Assembly (NCBI GenBank): GCA_028534125.1 | Contig: CM052816.1 | Coordinates: 56,298,001 to 56,362,000, forward strand | Length of the DNA stretch: 64,000 nt | Source of the DNA: Lama glama | Lineage: Eukaryota | Reading direction: 5' to 3' | Shown here: positions 62,851-64,000 of the stretch, one piece after another | How positions within the stretch are numbered: position 1 is the stretch's first letter | Layout: every line of letters starts with the position of its first letter | Translations under genes and position numbers: made by a program | The notes under the pieces: model-generated | Told to the model about the DNA's origin: nothing | Databases searched by the model: none | Seen by the model: only the letters and a program-made list of their open reading frames with translations

Positions 62851-64000
62851 CTAATAGACTGAGAGTAACCCCACACTGACCCTGCCTACTTCATAATTTT
62901 GCCCAGGGTCAGCTGAGCAGGGGATAAGTGATCAGAGAAGAAGGCATACCTAGGAGACTGGGAACTTTTCCCCGAGGTTGACTTAGACTAAATGGATGTC
63001 CATGTCCAATGGTGTTTCATTAGGCTGAACTGCATAATGGGTCTTTAATGTGGGTAAGACAAGACCACCCAACTCACTTTTAACTGATGAAGCTGAAACC
63101 AGATCTGTAGAGGTGAAAGGCTTGTGCATTAGCCCCGTGATAATAGATTTCCAGATGGCTGGAATCGGACCTCTGTCTCTGCTTTTGGCCAGTGATATTG
63201 ACCAATAAATTGCTTTATGTCAATAGATCAGAGATACAGTGCAAGTGAATGCTACATGCAGATAACAGTCTTTATTCAGGGTCTTTTGTAACCATTTAAT
63301 GTGCAATCTTTACTTAAGACTCTCAGAGGGGAAATGTTCTGAGAAACCTCTTTGAAAGTTTTCGACAGGATACATTTTGTAAAGAGTAACATATACTAAA
63401 ATTAAGCAAGGTGTACTTGTAAGAAGGGAAAACATAAGGGCATTTGTGAATGGTTTGAACAGTGCTTGTTACAAATAGCGTTGCCTTTCCAAGCGTCCTC
63501 TCCACAGATGTAATTTTAAAAGCAATGTCATGAGTGGCACACAAAAAGGTAGAAGACTATTCTTGATGTAGCTGTCATTTTCCTTTTAGAGAAATACAAT
63601 TATTTTCCAGTCTACTTTATATAAATGTAAATGTGTGTCTCTGAGAAGGTTTCTCTCCCCTGTGAATTAATGTAGTCCATTTGAAAAGGGGCGATGAATG
63701 GGCTACATGTAAATTATGACTTCCTGGGATGTGTCTTTGACATTCAATTGAAAGAGATGAATCTGGTTGAGGCTGGTAATTGTGCCTCTTTCCCTGTGGG
63801 CTGTAAGTGTATTTGCATGGGAGGAAAATGAATGCAAAGGTGTAGGCAAGAATGCCCTCAGCACCTCAGGTGAGCAGGGGGCATCTTTTAGCGATGGTTT
63901 TTTCCAAAGTTGCTTTGAATGGTCTGAGAAGTAAATCACTTAAAAAATTATTGGTGGAGCTTAGACACTGAATTTCATGTCTTCTTCATGTTCAGAATCT

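Overview
Non-coding mammalian genomic DNA, most likely from a camelid: there is a Vic-1-like tRNA-derived SINE fragment and cetartiodactyl-type L1 3' ends, and I saw no Alu, B1, Bov-A/tA, PRE-1 or SINEC elements. It contains two fixed 500-N scaffold gaps. I found no intact protein-coding gene, RNA gene or CRISPR array. The only ORFs with recognisable protein similarity are decayed L1 ORF2 C-terminal and L2 RT remnants. The window is a mosaic of L1, L2, MIR, LTR and hAT DNA-transposon fossils, several with readable target-site duplications and nested insertions. Between them lie repeat-poor blocks carrying enhancer- or promoter-like motif clusters: SOX-OCT plus a double octamer, tandem GAS plus AP-1/TEAD, a duplicated kB/GAS/ETS element, a KLF/SP array with a G-quadruplex motif, and a GC-box/TATA element. 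L1 orientation bias suggests an intron of a + strand gene, which I cannot identify. I see no convincing previously undescribed biological system. Repeat family names come from recalled consensus sequences, not a database search, and boundaries without TSDs are approximate.
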